NCBI GenBank assembly: GCA_965153355.1
Contig: OZ231126.1
Coordinates: forward strand, 26,536,001 to 26,600,000
Direction: 5' to 3'
DNA from: Flaccisagitta enflata
Taxonomy: Eukaryota
Length of the DNA stretch: 64,000 nt
Shown here: piece after piece, positions 38,651 through 52,402 of the stretch
Position numbering within the stretch: the stretch's first letter is position 1
Layout: every line of letters begins with the position of its first letter
The notes under the pieces: model-generated
The model's database searches: none
What the model was told of the DNA's origin: nothing
What the model saw: only the letters and a program-made list of their open reading frames with translations
Made by a program: the position numbers and the translations under genes

Positions 38651-39573
38651 AGGGGGACTGCGGAGCCCCAAAGGGGTAAATAAGAGAGATACACCACCCA
38701 GTAGGCGACCAATGTCTGGTGGAACATCCCTCTCAACAATCTGAAACATCAGATGGACTTAAAAATGTAGAAAAAATCGCCCTCATCCAGCATCTTTCTC
38801 ATCTATGTGAATTATCGAAATTCCCATTAAAATTGCTGCATTTTTAGGGCTTTTCGCCACAAAAAGTTTTAATTCCTGATCACTTTCAACAATACCAAGT
38901 GTTTTTTATGTGATTGCTGATATGGAATGTAACAGGTAATTGATTAATAATACAAAACTCAAAATTGCTGCAAGTTGCTGCAAGTTACAGCATGTTGCTG
39001 CAGGCAACATGGTAATTTAAGCCAAACAAGGGTGGATACACGGCCACCCAAGTCATGTACGGGAGGGCAGGGGCCGTAATTGAAGTCAGTTGATCATTTG
39101 GGCAGGAGCAGTGAGGCCAGAGACCGCAAAAAACAAAAAAGTAAAGGTGACAGACCAACAAGTGGACCAACAGACAGACCTACAGACCAACAAAGCGGGA
39201 TGTAGTCGCGTAGCACGTGACAAAAAATGTTGCAAATCTGAGAACACATTGATAGGCAATTGAGTCTTTAGATTTAAACTAGCAACTCTATCAGGAGCTT
39301 TGCCCAACAACGCTGAAAAAGCTTATGGTATCAGACCAGCCAGCAGACCAACCAACCAACATAGTGGGTTATTGAGTTGTGGTGTAGCATGCAACTACAA
39401 ATTGCGTATGTTCAAAAATATACATCACCGTTTTCTATCATGTTCATTTAGTGGTGAATATAGTTCCATGACCTTTGATTTATTCCCCCCCCCCCACCTT
39501 TGATTTTCTTCCCTGAGACTCATCCTGTTGCATCATCAAATCTCTGACTTTCTATGATAAAGCAATAAAACTA

Positions 39574-39751
39574 CAGTTAAACCCCGCTCTAACGGACCCG
39601 CCACCAACGGAATTCCGCCTATACCAGATGCAAATTCATGGTCCCTATAAGTTAATTTCTTTTATTTCCTTTGTTGGCAATAACAGAAGTCCGCTTATAA
39701 CAGAAGAAAATTATTATTCCCCCCGAAATTTGTTAGAGCGGGGTTCAACTG
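39574..39751. mobile_element. pogo/Tigger-type MITE
   Basis: TA|CAGTTAAACCCCGCTCTAAC...GTTAGAGCGGGGTTCAACTG|TA. Confidence 0.85.
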
Positions 39752-39884
39752 TATGTTTAAAAATTAAATAAGTGTTAAATTGTGTTTTACTTATCAGGTT
39801 TTTTGACTCGTTACCGCCAAAATTTCCCAAAATTTTCTTTCATTCTCTTTTGGCGGTCCGTCGGTTGGTTTGTCAGTTGGTCCC

Positions 39885-40591
39885 CTTTTTGAGCAGCAGC
39901 CCCGAAGGGGTTGATGACCAAAGCTTTCACACATATGGGGAATTTTTTCCTTTTTGGGCAGCGGCCCCGAAGGGGACGAACTCCTGTAGAACACAGGGGG
40001 ACTTTTGTTCTTCCGTTTGTTCGTTTGTTCATTTGTTCGTTTGTTCCTTCCCCCCCATCAGGCCCCTCAGGCCTCAAATCTGGCCTCTGAGACCTCAGAT
40101 TTGGCCTCTCAGGCCTCAAATCCAACTTCTCAGGCCTCAAACCTGGCCTCTCAGGTCTCAAATTAGGCTTTTCTGGCTTCAAATTTAAATTCTCAGGCCT
40201 CAAACCTGGCCTCAAACCTGGCCTCTCAGGCCTCAAGTCAGCTATCTGAGCCTCAATTTATTTCTCTCAGGCTTCATTTTAGTCCTCTGACCTTTCAAGC
40301 CTTCATCCAGCTCTATTAAACTTCAAGTTAGCCCTCTCAAGCTTCCGATTGGCATTATAAGGCCTTACATCAGCCCTCTTAGACCTCAGTTTAGGCTCTT
40401 GAAGGCATTCAGTCAGCCCTCTATAGCATCTCATTCACTTCTTCAGGCAGGACTAACAAAAGTCCCCCTGTGTTCTACAGGACTTTGTCCCCTTCAGGGC
40501 TGCTGCCCTGCTCCCCCTCACTCCAATTTACAATCAGTCAAAGGAGGGCAACGGGTATCACTGACCATATATTGCCCTTGGGCGACCTGTT
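39885..40591 (+). mobile_element. HINE-like group B copy (two nested 5' ends)
   Basis: 5' blocks at ~39885 and ~39951, 21-bp repeats, inverted block at 40460-40509, end CCCTTGGGCGACCTGTT. Confidence 0.78.
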
Positions 40592-41568
40592 CTTCATTGT
40601 ACCAGACGTACCACCCCTCGAGGCTGAGATATGGGCCTGGAGACTTGGGGGAGGGGGGGGGGTGCGGAGGAGAAGAATAAGGAAAAAATTCCCCATATGT
40701 GTGGAAGCATAGGTTATCAATGCCTTTGGAGCCGCTGCAAACCGACCAATGAATGGACAGACAGTGGTGTATACCGTTGCGTAGCACATGACTAAAACCC
40801 ATCATACTGAGAACAAGCCTCTCATCTTGTTATGTTTTTTTGTCAAATCCCCTGGTATTCATCCCTCTGCACCTTTTTATCTACAGATGGAACCAATGAC
40901 AGACTCACTTAACTGATAAAAGAGTTGCATAGCCTGCATCTAAAAATGGCACTGACTTAAATTTTTGTTCCTACTCAAGAACAAGCCCAATTGGGCGCTA
41001 AACACTTATGACTTATATCAAGAGACACATGGACGAACAGACATATCAAATGACAGAGTAGAAATGAGGCTCTCAAACCATGTTTGTTTATCTAGTGTAG
41101 GATCTCACTGTGGCTAAAGAAAGCCAAGAAGTAGTTTTTACACAGGTGAAACGGACAGATGGAAGGCACCGACAAACCGGATCTCCTATTGAGATGCATT
41201 CCTGAAGGACGCATCTAAAAAGATATAATCCTGATTGTAGCAACTTACAAAGTTATTCAAATCTATTTTTAGTCACGTGCTAAGCGACTCTACACCCCAC
41301 TTTGTTAGTCTGTAGGTTGGTCAGTCAGTTGGTCAGTCAGTAAGTTGGTTTTGACTGACCTCAAATGTTGCCCCTGCCCACCCACACGTTAATGGGGAAG
41401 CGTTCTTGTTACATTGATTACAATTTCAGTTGAAGGCATTTTCTATCTGTTTGTCGGTCCGTCAATTGCCTGCCAGTCCATTATGATTGCCCAGGAATGT
41501 GTGTCTGGGGAGGGGGAGAAGTATATGCCCCTGTACTTATGTATGTTTGCTGCACAGGTTATGAAATA

Positions 41569-42174
41569 ACACCCCTGACATAATTAGGCGAACTGGGAAA
41601 TTGATCATAATGGAGAGTAAAAATGCAATTTGAAGCTTGAAATTTGCCACAGAGATAACTCAGATATGGTATTTTCACAAACCGAGATCAAGTGGAGTAC
41701 ATGCTAAACGGCGTGGCCCTGGGAATGTGATATGGCAGAAATCGGGAAGACGATTTAGTCTGATTTTGACATGGAAATTCATTTATGAGAAAACACCATG
41801 ATCTATCACTTATTTTTCTGTATGAGATGAAAGAAAACTGTCATTCCCAGGTTGTTATATAACTGCCAGGTAAAAATGAGGCAATGGCACAGAAAGTCAG
41901 TCCTAGAGTGCTTCACAAGGTGGGAGAACCCCTGATGAGAAATGGTGGTTTCTCCAGCAAATTTGTAACTTTTGATAAAAAAACATCATTCTCATATCAA
42001 TAGAAAGAAGGCATTAGAAGCCTTTTGTTGACACGCATGGGGCATTTTTTGAAGAAGACCCACCGGAAATAGCATATTTTCAAGTTGACTTCAAACTCTG
42101 ATTTTTGGTGAGCATATTTCAAGGTATTTATAGACAAACTCTTATCCCAGTTCGCCTAATTTTGTCAGGGGTGT
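41569..42174. mobile_element. TA-flanked MITE
   Basis: TA|ACACCCCTGACATAATTAGGCGAACTGGGA...TCCCAGTTCGCCTAATTTTGTCAGGGGTGT|TA (30-bp TIR, one mismatch). Confidence 0.85.
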
Positions 42175-43074
42175 TAGAATGTCTCAAAGAGCTTGCCTTA
42201 TGCTTCCCTGCGTCAATCTGTAGCAAGGGAAAAATATCCAATGCAGCTAACTTGCTGTAGCTTGCAGCAGCTTGCAGCAAAAGAAAATGTTTTCCAGCAG
42301 ACAATCAACAGGTTAAAACTGACTTTAATAAGATTTTTGACCAAATTTTCAAAAGCGATGAGAGCTGGAATGGTAAAATATCACGAGGATCTTGCTTGCT
42401 TGCTGCAACTTACTGCGGCTTTCTGCACACTTACTGCAGCTTGCTGCAGCTTGTTACAAAGGTAAAATATACCCAGTAGAAATATGTTACAAAGCTCTAA
42501 CTGAGATCATTCAGTACATCACGTCCACTTTATTGTGGTCTCAATCCTCTTTTTGATCAAATTTTCAAAATTTTGCAGTAAACCAGAGAAGCTTCAGCAG
42601 CTTATTGCTGCAGTAAGAACTTTGAAAAAGGTAAAATTTCCTGAGCAAGCATCAATTCATAAAATAAAAGCTGCAATCACTGAAATCATTACCTTTAAAT
42701 CAAGTTCTGCATTGCATTTTTCATCAAATTCTCAAACGACAGGAACTTGCTGTAATTAATCACCCAAAGTGCAGCAATTTGCAGCAACCGCTGTATTCTT
42801 GCATGTTTCACTGTCTTCTGCACACAGCTACACCAAACAGCATTACCAACTATCATTTATTGTTACAAGCAAAGCATTTATCATGTAACATGAGACTCAG
42901 AGGATCTAAGAGACATGACAAATTTAAGTTTTAGCCAAAAATTCTTAGGTCCTGTATAGATGACAAACATAGTGGGTGAGGGCGATTTTTTCAGCAACTT
43001 TGGGCAGAGGAAATGATGCAGATCGTTCAGGATGTTACTCCACCAGAGTTTGGTCGCCTACTGGGAAAGAAATT

Positions 43075-43845
43075 GGTTCTCTCCCTTCCCTACTGGGAGG
43101 GCAGATTCAAGGCCTGAGAGGGCGGAATTTAGGCCTGAGAGGGCCTAGGGGGGGATGGATGGACAGAAAGACGGATATACGGACGGACAGATGGACAAAC
43201 GAACAAACAGACAAATGAAAGTCCCCCTGTGTTCTACAGGACTTTGTCCCCTTTGGGGCTGCTGCCCAAAAAGTAGCCTTTGGATGTGCCCTATTTCTCA
43301 ATTTCCTAGATCCAGCAATTGTATTGACCAACTGCTTTCGGGCAGCGGAGACAAAGTCCTGTAGAACACAGGGGGACTTTCGTTTGTCTGTCATTCTGTC
43401 ATTCTGTCCATTTGTCCCCATCAGATCTGTCCCCCCAAATCTGCCCTCTCAGGCCTGAAATTAGCCTTTCAGGGCTAAAATCTGCTCTCTCAGGCTTTGA
43501 ATCTGCCCTCTCAGGCCTGAAATGTGCCCTATCAGACCTGAAATCAGTCCTTTCAGGCCTTGAATCAGCCCTCTCAAATTCAAGGCCTGAGAGGACAGAT
43601 TTCAGGCCCAAGAGGATAGATTTAAGGCCTGGGAGGATACATTTCAGGACTGAGAAGGCAGATTTCAGGTCAGACAGGTCCTTGGGGGTGGACAGACGGA
43701 AGGACAGACGAATGAAAGTCCCCCTGTGTTCTACAGGACTTCGTCCCCTTCGGGGCCGCTGCCCTGCTTCCTCTCACTCCAATTCACAATCATGCAAAGC
43801 AGGGCAACGGGTATCGCTGACCACATATTGCCCTTGGGCGACCAG
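43075..43845. mobile_element. Two adjacent HINE-like group B copies (partial minus copy to 43272; plus copy 43336-43845)
   Basis: AAAGTCCCCCTGTGTTCTACAGGACT blocks and their complements. The 21-bp array flips orientation at ~43580. Confidence 0.78.
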
Positions 43846-45031
43846 ATATAGGCGTATAAATGTATAGCACTACAACAGGCCACTGCCCTCAAAGGTAAAC
43901 AGCTCCATTTAAGGGGCCAAAAAAAGATTAAGAATGGGCAAAAATTACCACAATCTATGTATTCTTGATTGCCTTTACACTTCTTTGACAAATAAGTGCC
44001 TAATTATCTCATATCTGGGGCCTGATTTGGGGTTTGAGAGGCCTTATTTAGGGTTCAAGAGGCCTGATTTTGGGTCTTGAAGGCCTGACTTGGAATCTGA
44101 GAAGATTTGGTGTCCAAGATGCTGGATTTGGGGTCTGAAAGACCAGTTAAGGAGTCTTAGAAGTCAAATTTTGGGTCCGAGAGGCCAGATTTGGGGTCCG
44201 AGTAGCCTGGTTTGAGGCTCGTGGGGGTTGGATATGGAAACACCTGATTGGAAAAATGGAATAGGTTATTGGCCCCTCCATTGCCAGTTTTGGTCATTTT
44301 TGTCCACTTTTGGTGTTTTGGAACTATTGGATGGGCCCATCAGGTGTCCTCATCCATAACTTTTATCCTCATTTTGTTCTGCTGCACTTGATCAGGGTGA
44401 CTGAATTGATCACTGGGCATTTAATTGTCAAAGAGGCCCAAATTTGTCAAAATTACTTAGATTTTGATAATTTTTGCCCATCTTTAGCCTTTCGGGGCCC
44501 CTCAGATAGGTCCCTCGGGAACCCTATCCTTTCTTCTGTTTCCTTACACCAAATGACAGCATCTTCACAGAAAATTTACCTCCTCAATGACATATATGAG
44601 GAGTAGATATGAGAAGAAACATCAACAAAGAACCTAACTTTTTAGCCATTTTTTATCATTTTGGCCATTAAGGGGCCCTTTTCAGACCTTTTGAGGACCC
44701 TACAGAGGCCCATTCCCGCAACTTCTTTTAATTTCATATTCTTTGTCACAGTTTGCTAAAGTGAGACAACATAAGCACGAAGCAGCAGCATCAGGCTGCA
44801 GCTGCGGCGCAGCGCATGAACAGCTGTCTAGATAGAAGGAGCGAGAGGTGGAAAAGTCATACACGCCTGGATACAAATGTCAAAAAAACTGCTCCTGCCT
44901 GCACATTTTTCATAAAACATTATCAATATGGGTATTGTTGGATGGAGAAATGATCGATGGTCCTTTCCATTCTTAGAAAACCCTGGTTTTAATCAGTTGG
45001 TTCCATCTAGGATCCTCTATTCTAGTACGTA

Positions 45032-45801
45032 CAGTATGTTTTTTCTCGTTTGTAATATTCTATGACGACGTAACTCTTGAAGTAGTTGAGATAATTGATT
45101 TCCGTAAAAAGTTCCTGAAAGGTATGGTAGATGCATTTTATGATGTTTAACTCCCAAGACTTTTTTTTACAAGAATCTGAACCTTGTGACACAAGCAGAA
45201 TGATCGATCAAAAACGGGAAAAAAAACAATTATTTTACATTTTTGGCTGAACATTTTTGTTTAAGTTGATCCTATTTCTGGATGAATTGAGCTACAGATA
45301 CCAGACTGGTCTCAAATCAAAGCTAATTTACAGGAGTTTTAAGAAATACAATGAGGAAAACATTTTTTCAATAGTACGCCACATTAGGCATTAAGAAAAT
45401 CAGTTTCTCAATCAAAATTTTGATCAAGAGTTGTTTCATTGTTCACACAACCATCAAAAAATACACATGAGCCTTTCAACTGAAGTCTTCCCGAAAAGTA
45501 CTTTAAAAAATCTTTTATCTGAGACCATTCTGGTGTCAGTAGCTTAAACCGTTTAGCAATGAGAGTAATTTAAAAGTAAACAGTCCATTTGACACGTTTT
45601 TGCAAAAAAAAAAATTTGGATATGATGACATCTAGTTCCAAATACGTTCAAGAGATTGATTATTTTAAAAAAGTTCTGGCAATTAGATAACATAAAATGC
45701 ATCTACTATACCTATTGGAAACTTTTTACGGAAATCAATTATCTCAACTACTTTAAGATTTACGTCGTCATAGTATATTACAAACGAAAAAAAACATACT
45801 G
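45032..45801. mobile_element. Tc1/mariner-type MITE with ~110-bp TIRs
   Basis: TA|CAGTATGTTTTTTCTCGTTTGTAATAT...ATATTACAAACGAAAAAAAACATACTG|TA. Confidence 0.87.
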
Positions 45802-45874
45802 TAGAAGGGAAAGGAAGACAATGGAAAAGACAGATAGATACATAAGATACAAAGAAAAAAAGATAGACCATGAG

Positions 45875-47941
45875 CAGGGTGTCACAAAGTGCCCGAGCAC
45901 GCGAGCGGCGCTCGTAGGAAGCTAGCTAGGCTGGTAGGAAGGGAAGGGGGAAGAAGGAGAGAAAGAAAAAAAAGAGGAAGAAGGAAAGAAGAAAAGGAAG
46001 GAAAAGGAAGGAAAAGAAAGGAAAAGGAAGGAAGAAGGGAAGAAGAAGGAAAGAGGAAGGAAGGAAGGAAGGAAGGAAGGAAGGAAGGAAGAAGAAAGGC
46101 AGAAAAAGTGTTTTTCTCTTGTTTATAAAGGAAGGAAGGAAGGAAGGAAAAAAAAGGGAAAGAAGAAAAAAAGGAATGGAAGAAGCAAAGAAGTGAGGGA
46201 GGAAGGAAGGGAGGGAGAAAGAAAAGAAGAAACAAGTCATCCAAGGATCGCACATGGTCAGCGGTACCCGATGCCCTGCTTGAAGCCATTAGCTGAAGAA
46301 GTGGAGTGGGAGCAGGGCAGCGGCCCCAAAGGGCCAATGTCCTGTAGGACACAGGGGTGAATTTCCATACGTCCTGAGGGGTCATATTTGGGGTAATTTT
46401 CCGTGATATTTAATGGGAATTTCGCATTTTTTCAATTTTTTGTCAATTTGCCATGTTACTTAATGGGAATTTGAGGCCTGAAAGGCTGGATTTAGGGCCC
46501 GAGAGGCTGGATTTGAGGTCCAAGAGGCTGGATTTGAGGCCTGAAAAGCTGGATTTGAGGCTCGAGAGGCTGGATTTGAGGCCTGAGAGGCTGGATTTGA
46601 GGCCTGAAAGGCCAGATTTGAGGCCTGAGAGGCTGGATTTGAGGCATGAGAGGCTGGATTTGAGGCCTGAGAGGCTGGATTTGAGGCCTGAGATGCTTGA
46701 GAAGCTTCGGAGGGGGGGACGTACGGATGGACGGACGGACGGACATATGGAAATTCACCCCTGTGTCCTACAGGACATCGGCCCTTTGGGGCCGCTGCCC
46801 AAAAAAGGAAATAAGGAAGGGAAGAAGAAAAGAAGGAAGGGAGGAAGGAAGGAAGGAAGGAAGGAAGGAAGGAAGAAGAAAGGCAGAAAAAGTTTTTCCC
46901 TCTTATTTCTGAAGGAAGGAAGGAAGGAAGAAAGGAAGGAAGGAAGGAAGGAAGGAAGGAAGGAAGGAAAGGAAAGAGTGGAATAAAAAGTTTTCCTCTT
47001 ACTGTTTTTAAAGGAAGGAAGGAAGGAAAGGAGGAAAGACAGTAGGAAGGAAGGAATGAAGGAAGGAAGGAAGGAAGAAGAAAAACAGACATTTTTTTTC
47101 CTTTTGTTTTTAAAAGAAGGAAGGAAAGAAGGAAGAGAAAAAGGAAGGAGAGAAGGAAGGAAGGTAGGCAGGGAGGGAGTAGGGAAAAAGGCAGAACAAT
47201 TTTTTCTCCTTCTGTTTTTAAAGGAAGGAGGGAACAAATGAAGGAAGTAAGGAAAGAAAGGAGGGAAGAAGGGAGCAAGGAGGAAGAAAGCCAGAATGGT
47301 TTTTACTTGCGGACACGCAACTCTATAACAGGCTTTGTCTGTCCGTCCGTCTGTCGGTTGGTCATTCTGTAGGTTTGTTGGTCCATTGGTCAGTCTATAA
47401 TGATTGAGTTGAAAAGTGGAAAAACAAGCGTTTTGGATACTTTTTGTGTATGTTTGTGTGTGAGGGGTGAGGATTGGGGTTTGGTTGGGGGTTGGAGGCC
47501 CCCTGCCCACCCGTCCGCAACAATATTGTGACCCTGCGTCACTTGTTTTTTCCATCGTATGTAAAGTCTTCTTAAATTTACATTTGTATAGATGAAATTC
47601 TAGTTTATACGAATATAAAGCCTTAAAAATCCCAGCCTTAAGGCTCAGAACCCCCGCCTTAGGGCCCAAATCTCAACCTCTGGGTACTGGAATAATAAGT
47701 GTTGAAGTGTCTCTACCCTAAGGGCCAAAAAATTCTCTATGATTCCTATCAGCTCAAGCATGGGTATCTTTTGGGACTCTGTCCCTCTCACCATCTCATT
47801 CCCTCATGCACTAATACTTTGTGACTTGGTATATCATGTAACATAAGACATTCAACTTGCGGTAATCATACGTGTATCCTATAGGAAGGGACAGGTGGAG
47901 GAATTTTGCTCGTAGGAAGCAAAAAATTTTGTGACACCCTG
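45875..47941. mobile_element. Non-autonomous hAT-type element with nested HINE-like copies and GGAA-rich tracts
   Basis: 14-bp TIR CAGGGTGTCACAAA / TTTGTGACACCCTG. TSD ACCATGAG at 45867-45874 and 47942-47949. GCTCGTAGGAAGC motif near both ends. Confidence 0.88.
46231..46806 (-). mobile_element. Young HINE-like group B copy nested in the hAT-type element
   Basis: 55-bp internal inverted repeat (46315-46369 / 46746-46800, one mismatch), ~11 copies of GAGGCCTGAGAGGCTGGATTT, inserted in an A-run. Confidence 0.85.
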
Positions 47942-48417
47942 ACCATGAGTAGAGTAGACAAAAAATCTGTTGCATTAAAAAAGCTGTTGGTGAGGAAGTA
48001 GAAGAGAAGAGAGTTGAGAAATGGTCTATTAAAAAGGTTTAAAGAACAGAAAGATGAAGCACCTCTTGGATGACAACAATGTTTTCACACCCAGGCAACG
48101 ATAATATAGAAAACTTTGAAACTTTCCGGTGTTTCTTTTGCCTCCCTCTGCTAGACCAACCCCCCCCCCTTCTTTTCTCCCTTCTTTCTCGGATGATGAT
48201 ACGCTTCCCTTTTTTCCCTAACCACTTCCATGCACCATGTACTGGGCCTAGTTCTATTCCCCCAAAACGAGAGTAAAAACGGTTGAATGCCATAGAAGTA
48301 ATCGACGTCATCAGCTTCATAGCGAGAGTCACAACACGAGAGAGATACGATACAAGCGAGAGCATGAGTGCGGGGCTGTGGTCTGTGGTCGCTCCTCGGG
48401 GCACAGTTGGGTTTTGG

Positions 48418-48620
48418 CTTTTTGGGCAGCGGCCCCTAAAGTCCTGTAGAACACAGGGTGACTTTCGTTCGTTAGTCCGTCCGTCCGTTCGTACCCCCCA
48501 GGCCCTCACAGGCTTGAAATCTGCCCTCTCAGGCCTGAAATCTGCCCTTTCAGCCTTGAAATCTGCCCTCTCAGGCCTTGAATCTGCCCTCTCTCTCAGG
48601 CCTTGAATCTACCCTCTCAG
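48418..48620 (+). mobile_element. 3'-truncated HINE-like group B copy
   Basis: TTTTTGGGCAGCGGCCCC start followed by CTCTCAGGCCTGAAATCTGCC repeats. Confidence 0.75.
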
Positions 48621-49061
48621 CTTATAGCTTATAAGATTTTGAAAACTGAAATTTGTGGTGGTAACGCAAAAAAAGAAAAGAAAAGAAAATGGGGGGGGGG
48701 GCTGTTTACATGTTTAGCTGCAAACTATGTGGCAGAGATTTCATGGTTTCGTGGAATCGGTCGACGCGCTCTGAGCAGCATTTTTAGCCTCCATTCTTAG
48801 CGTCTGGCCTGGGCGTGGAATTGGACTGTCGTTGCAATTGTGGCGTCCACGTCGGCGGTTGTGACATATGCGGTCACATTCGTGGTATCAGTAATGTCTT
48901 ACTATAGACAAGTTGTGGCATCTGAGGGACTGGTTTTGGCTTTTGCATCTGTGTCGTGTATGGCATCTGTGGCGGCAGTGAAGGCAAAGAGATCGCCATA
49001 TTCAAGATTTGTCTCGGAGATTTGCATGATTTTCTCGTTTAGGGAAGTTGTTTAGGGGAAG

Positions 49062-49099
<38 letters not shown>

Positions 49100-49528
49100 A
49101 CAGAAAAAATGCGTTGCCGCCCCGTAGCAAAGGGAAGACGAAGAGGGACTGAAATCAGGTGGACTGAGATTTAAAAAAGAATTGTGAACGGATATACATC
49201 AGTTTAGGTTAAAAAGCCCTAAGTCTGCGTTGAGAGACCACAACGAGCTGTAACGACTCAACGCCCAGAGAGATAAACTTCAATCCAGGTTGGAAAAATT
49301 CAAACCATGGACGAGAAGACGACAACTTGGAATAAATAAAGTCACTCTTTGGAGTCTCGGTCTACAGAAATTGTGGTGGCCTAAACTAAGATCAAATAAA
49401 ACATTCTTTAACTTACAATGGAAAATCGAAAGTTCTCGAGGATGAATACACAGGGATCAAGCTATCATCGTTGGGCCAAGGGCATGATTTGACGTGTGTA
49501 GTACCAGTACATGAAGACAAAATAGGTA

Positions 49529-50137
49529 AGACGGCGAACTTTCGAAGGAAAATTAAGTGTTTCACCATACTTTTTGCATCATTATCAGCACAATAATGGT
49601 GTAGGAATGCTTTTAATAGACAAATTGTTTTTGAAGACACTTGTTGTATACATATTTGTCATATTCTGACCTCAAAAGTAATTTAAACTATGAAATTCAC
49701 ATAAAAAAAGACAAGAAAATCAAGGTTTTGATGAAATCTTGCTTACATCTTTTTATCTTTTCTTGCTGTTTAAATTCTAAGACTTTTAAATGCAGGGAAA
49801 TTTTGCATTTTCAAAAACATAGTTCTCTCCGTAATTGTTTTTGGAAGAGAACTATGTTTTTTATTTTCTTATTTCTTCATTTTCTATACAATCTTAGAAT
49901 TTAAATGGGCCCCCTGTCAGTCACTAAAAAATTTTCTGTAATTTGTAATATATTTTTTTTGTCAACTCTACCAATATTTGGTTCTATTTGGTGATTTATT
50001 GCAAGTTTTGCAATAAAATGATAACTGTGACATATTTCAATGATTATTTTGGTATAATCATTCAGGTTTATTCATTTCTAATTTTTGATTTTAGCCCCCG
50101 TTGAAACAAACATGTTGCCTTCGGAAGTACGCCGTCG
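49529..50137. mobile_element. mariner-type MITE (degenerate)
   Basis: TA|AGACGGCGAACTTTCGAAGG...CCTTCGGAAGTACGCCGTCG|TA, ~40-bp imperfect TIR. Confidence 0.65.
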
Positions 50138-51079
50138 TAAGAATCATTGATACTCATGAGTATTGAGCAAAGTCCCATCGTTGAACACACGACTGCAACA
50201 TAAACCCAACAGGCCAACACGTAAGCTTACCACGTGACGTAAAAGCATGAAAATGGGGTCAATGTTTCAGAGAGAGAGAGAGAACCCGGAAGACGAAAAA
50301 GGTGAAAAAAGGAAATTCATCTCTCAACAAACTACAAAAATTGAAAACAAAAAAAGAAAAAAAGCAGGAAAAGAAAAAAAATGGAGTCTAATTCTTCAGT
50401 CGCCTCACGTTTCTCTCAGTTGCAAAACGAAAGGAAAAATAGAAAAAAGAAAGTAGGAATCTGTGGTTGTTCACATGAGTAAAATATTTGAATGCATGTA
50501 TGCGCTCCTTTCGCTCGGGCTCATGGCGCAACTCGTAGTTTGTTTGGTTTTTTTTTTTTTTTTTTTGGTTTTTTTTCGCATTTTTTTAAGGAGAATGTTT
50601 CAATCTCTTAAAAAAATGTCTTTTACACCGCGTTCAAAACGAATTCATAAAACAGTGTCCCTATACAGCTCACAAAGTATTGGTCCAAGAGTCTTCAAAT
50701 CTGAATGAGTGTTGGAATAAAGTGACAGTTATGTTATGCAAAACCTCAGATTTGTGTGCCGAATGGTGAGTCAGTAGAACATTCAAACGTGAGTAGGGCA
50801 TGGAACTTTGTCAGTCTCTTGGTTTAAGTGCTTCAAATGTGAACGCGAGCGTCGAAAAAAAAGACGACAAAAAGCAAATAGGTAAAAAAAGAAAGGAAAA
50901 GAAAAATATATAATGGAATGAAAAAAACATATGAAGAAAAAAAAGAAGGAAAGCCCCTGAAAAGTTGGGAAAGGGAAAAGATGGAGAGCAGAACAGAAAG
51001 CAAAAAAGAAGGAAAAGCTTCTCCAGACTTTAACGTAGGAAACAACCACACACGCATACACATACAGACACCTGTCAAG

Positions 51080-52144
51080 TAGGACCGGCAGTAGTTAACT
51101 TTAACTAGTTAGTTAACTAGTTAATTTTCTGAAAATGGTAGTAGTTAACTAGACCAAATTAACTAGTTAAAATAGTTAAAACAATAAAAGTGAGTTTTGA
51201 ATTGTTAGGTCCTTTTAAACACTCCAAGCTTTTAAAAATAGATTTGTATGCCTGCTTTTTTGTTCAAAATAGTGTCTGCAATTACATTTGTGCATTTGTA
51301 CTCTGAATGCATCAATTCAAAACTGGAAATGGTCATGATATAAAAATCAGGTCCTGATAGTGTTTTATGCACTCAGGACGCTTTCCATTAGGTCATTAGA
51401 CCCAAGTCAACCATTGTGTTTTATTCTGCCTCTTTGGTAATTCCAATCATCCTTCTCAGTCCATGTCGTCTTTTTGGTCCTTTCAATAAAACCCATTTCT
51501 TCTTTAGACTATCAATGCTCAAGTAAATGTTTTTAACTTTTTTCTATCTTATGTAATATTCTACCTTATCAATTGCACTAAATTGAATGTTTATCTGTCA
51601 GTCGGTCAGCTTGTCAGTCTGTCGGCTTGTCAGCCTGTCTGCCACTCCATCAGTCTACTTTTTAGTCTTGTTTGAGTTTTTTTGTGAATTACGCATACAA
51701 CAACTTAGTTTATTGAAGCAAAGGACATCAGATATGGAATTATCTACAAGCAAATACTCATGATTTTTAAACAATTTGGCTTGTTCATTGATCAATTACC
51801 CTATAAATATAAACAGACTACTTCATAGTCACCAATGCAAACTGTTTGGCGGGGACAAAATGAAGTGCTTGTTCAACAGGGTTGATATAATCTTAAAACA
51901 ATCATTATCTGTCATTTGAAGTAATTCTATGACCTTTCTGCTTTATTCCATCATGATAGATTTTAAAAATATTTTAAGATGGAAAAATCTGACTTGAAAA
52001 CTGAGGAATACATGGCTTACCAAAGATTTTGTGCTTGATGAGGATGGAAGCTGGTTTTAACTACTTTAGTAGTTAACTAGGCAAAAAAGTAGTTAGTTAA
52101 CTATTAACTAGTTAATTTGAAATTCTTAACTACTGCCGGTCCTA
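51080..52144. mobile_element. Non-autonomous hAT-type element
   Basis: 19-bp TIR TAGGACCGGCAGTAGTTAA. TSD CTGTCAAG at 51072-51079 and 52145-52152. Clustered palindromic TAGTTAACTA subterminal motifs at both ends. Confidence 0.92.
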
Positions 52145-52157
52145 CTGTCAAGAAGGA

Positions 52158-52402
<245 letters not shown>

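Noticed and set aside
44795-44831. Helitron-like 3' end (GCTGCGGCGCAGC hairpin, then CTAG)
   Set aside because: Single occurrence, not followed by T, and no 5' end identified.
46453-47669. ORFs with LRPERLD heptads and PSFL repeats
   Set aside because: Derived from the 21-bp HINE array and GGAA microsatellite; open in several frames on both strands.
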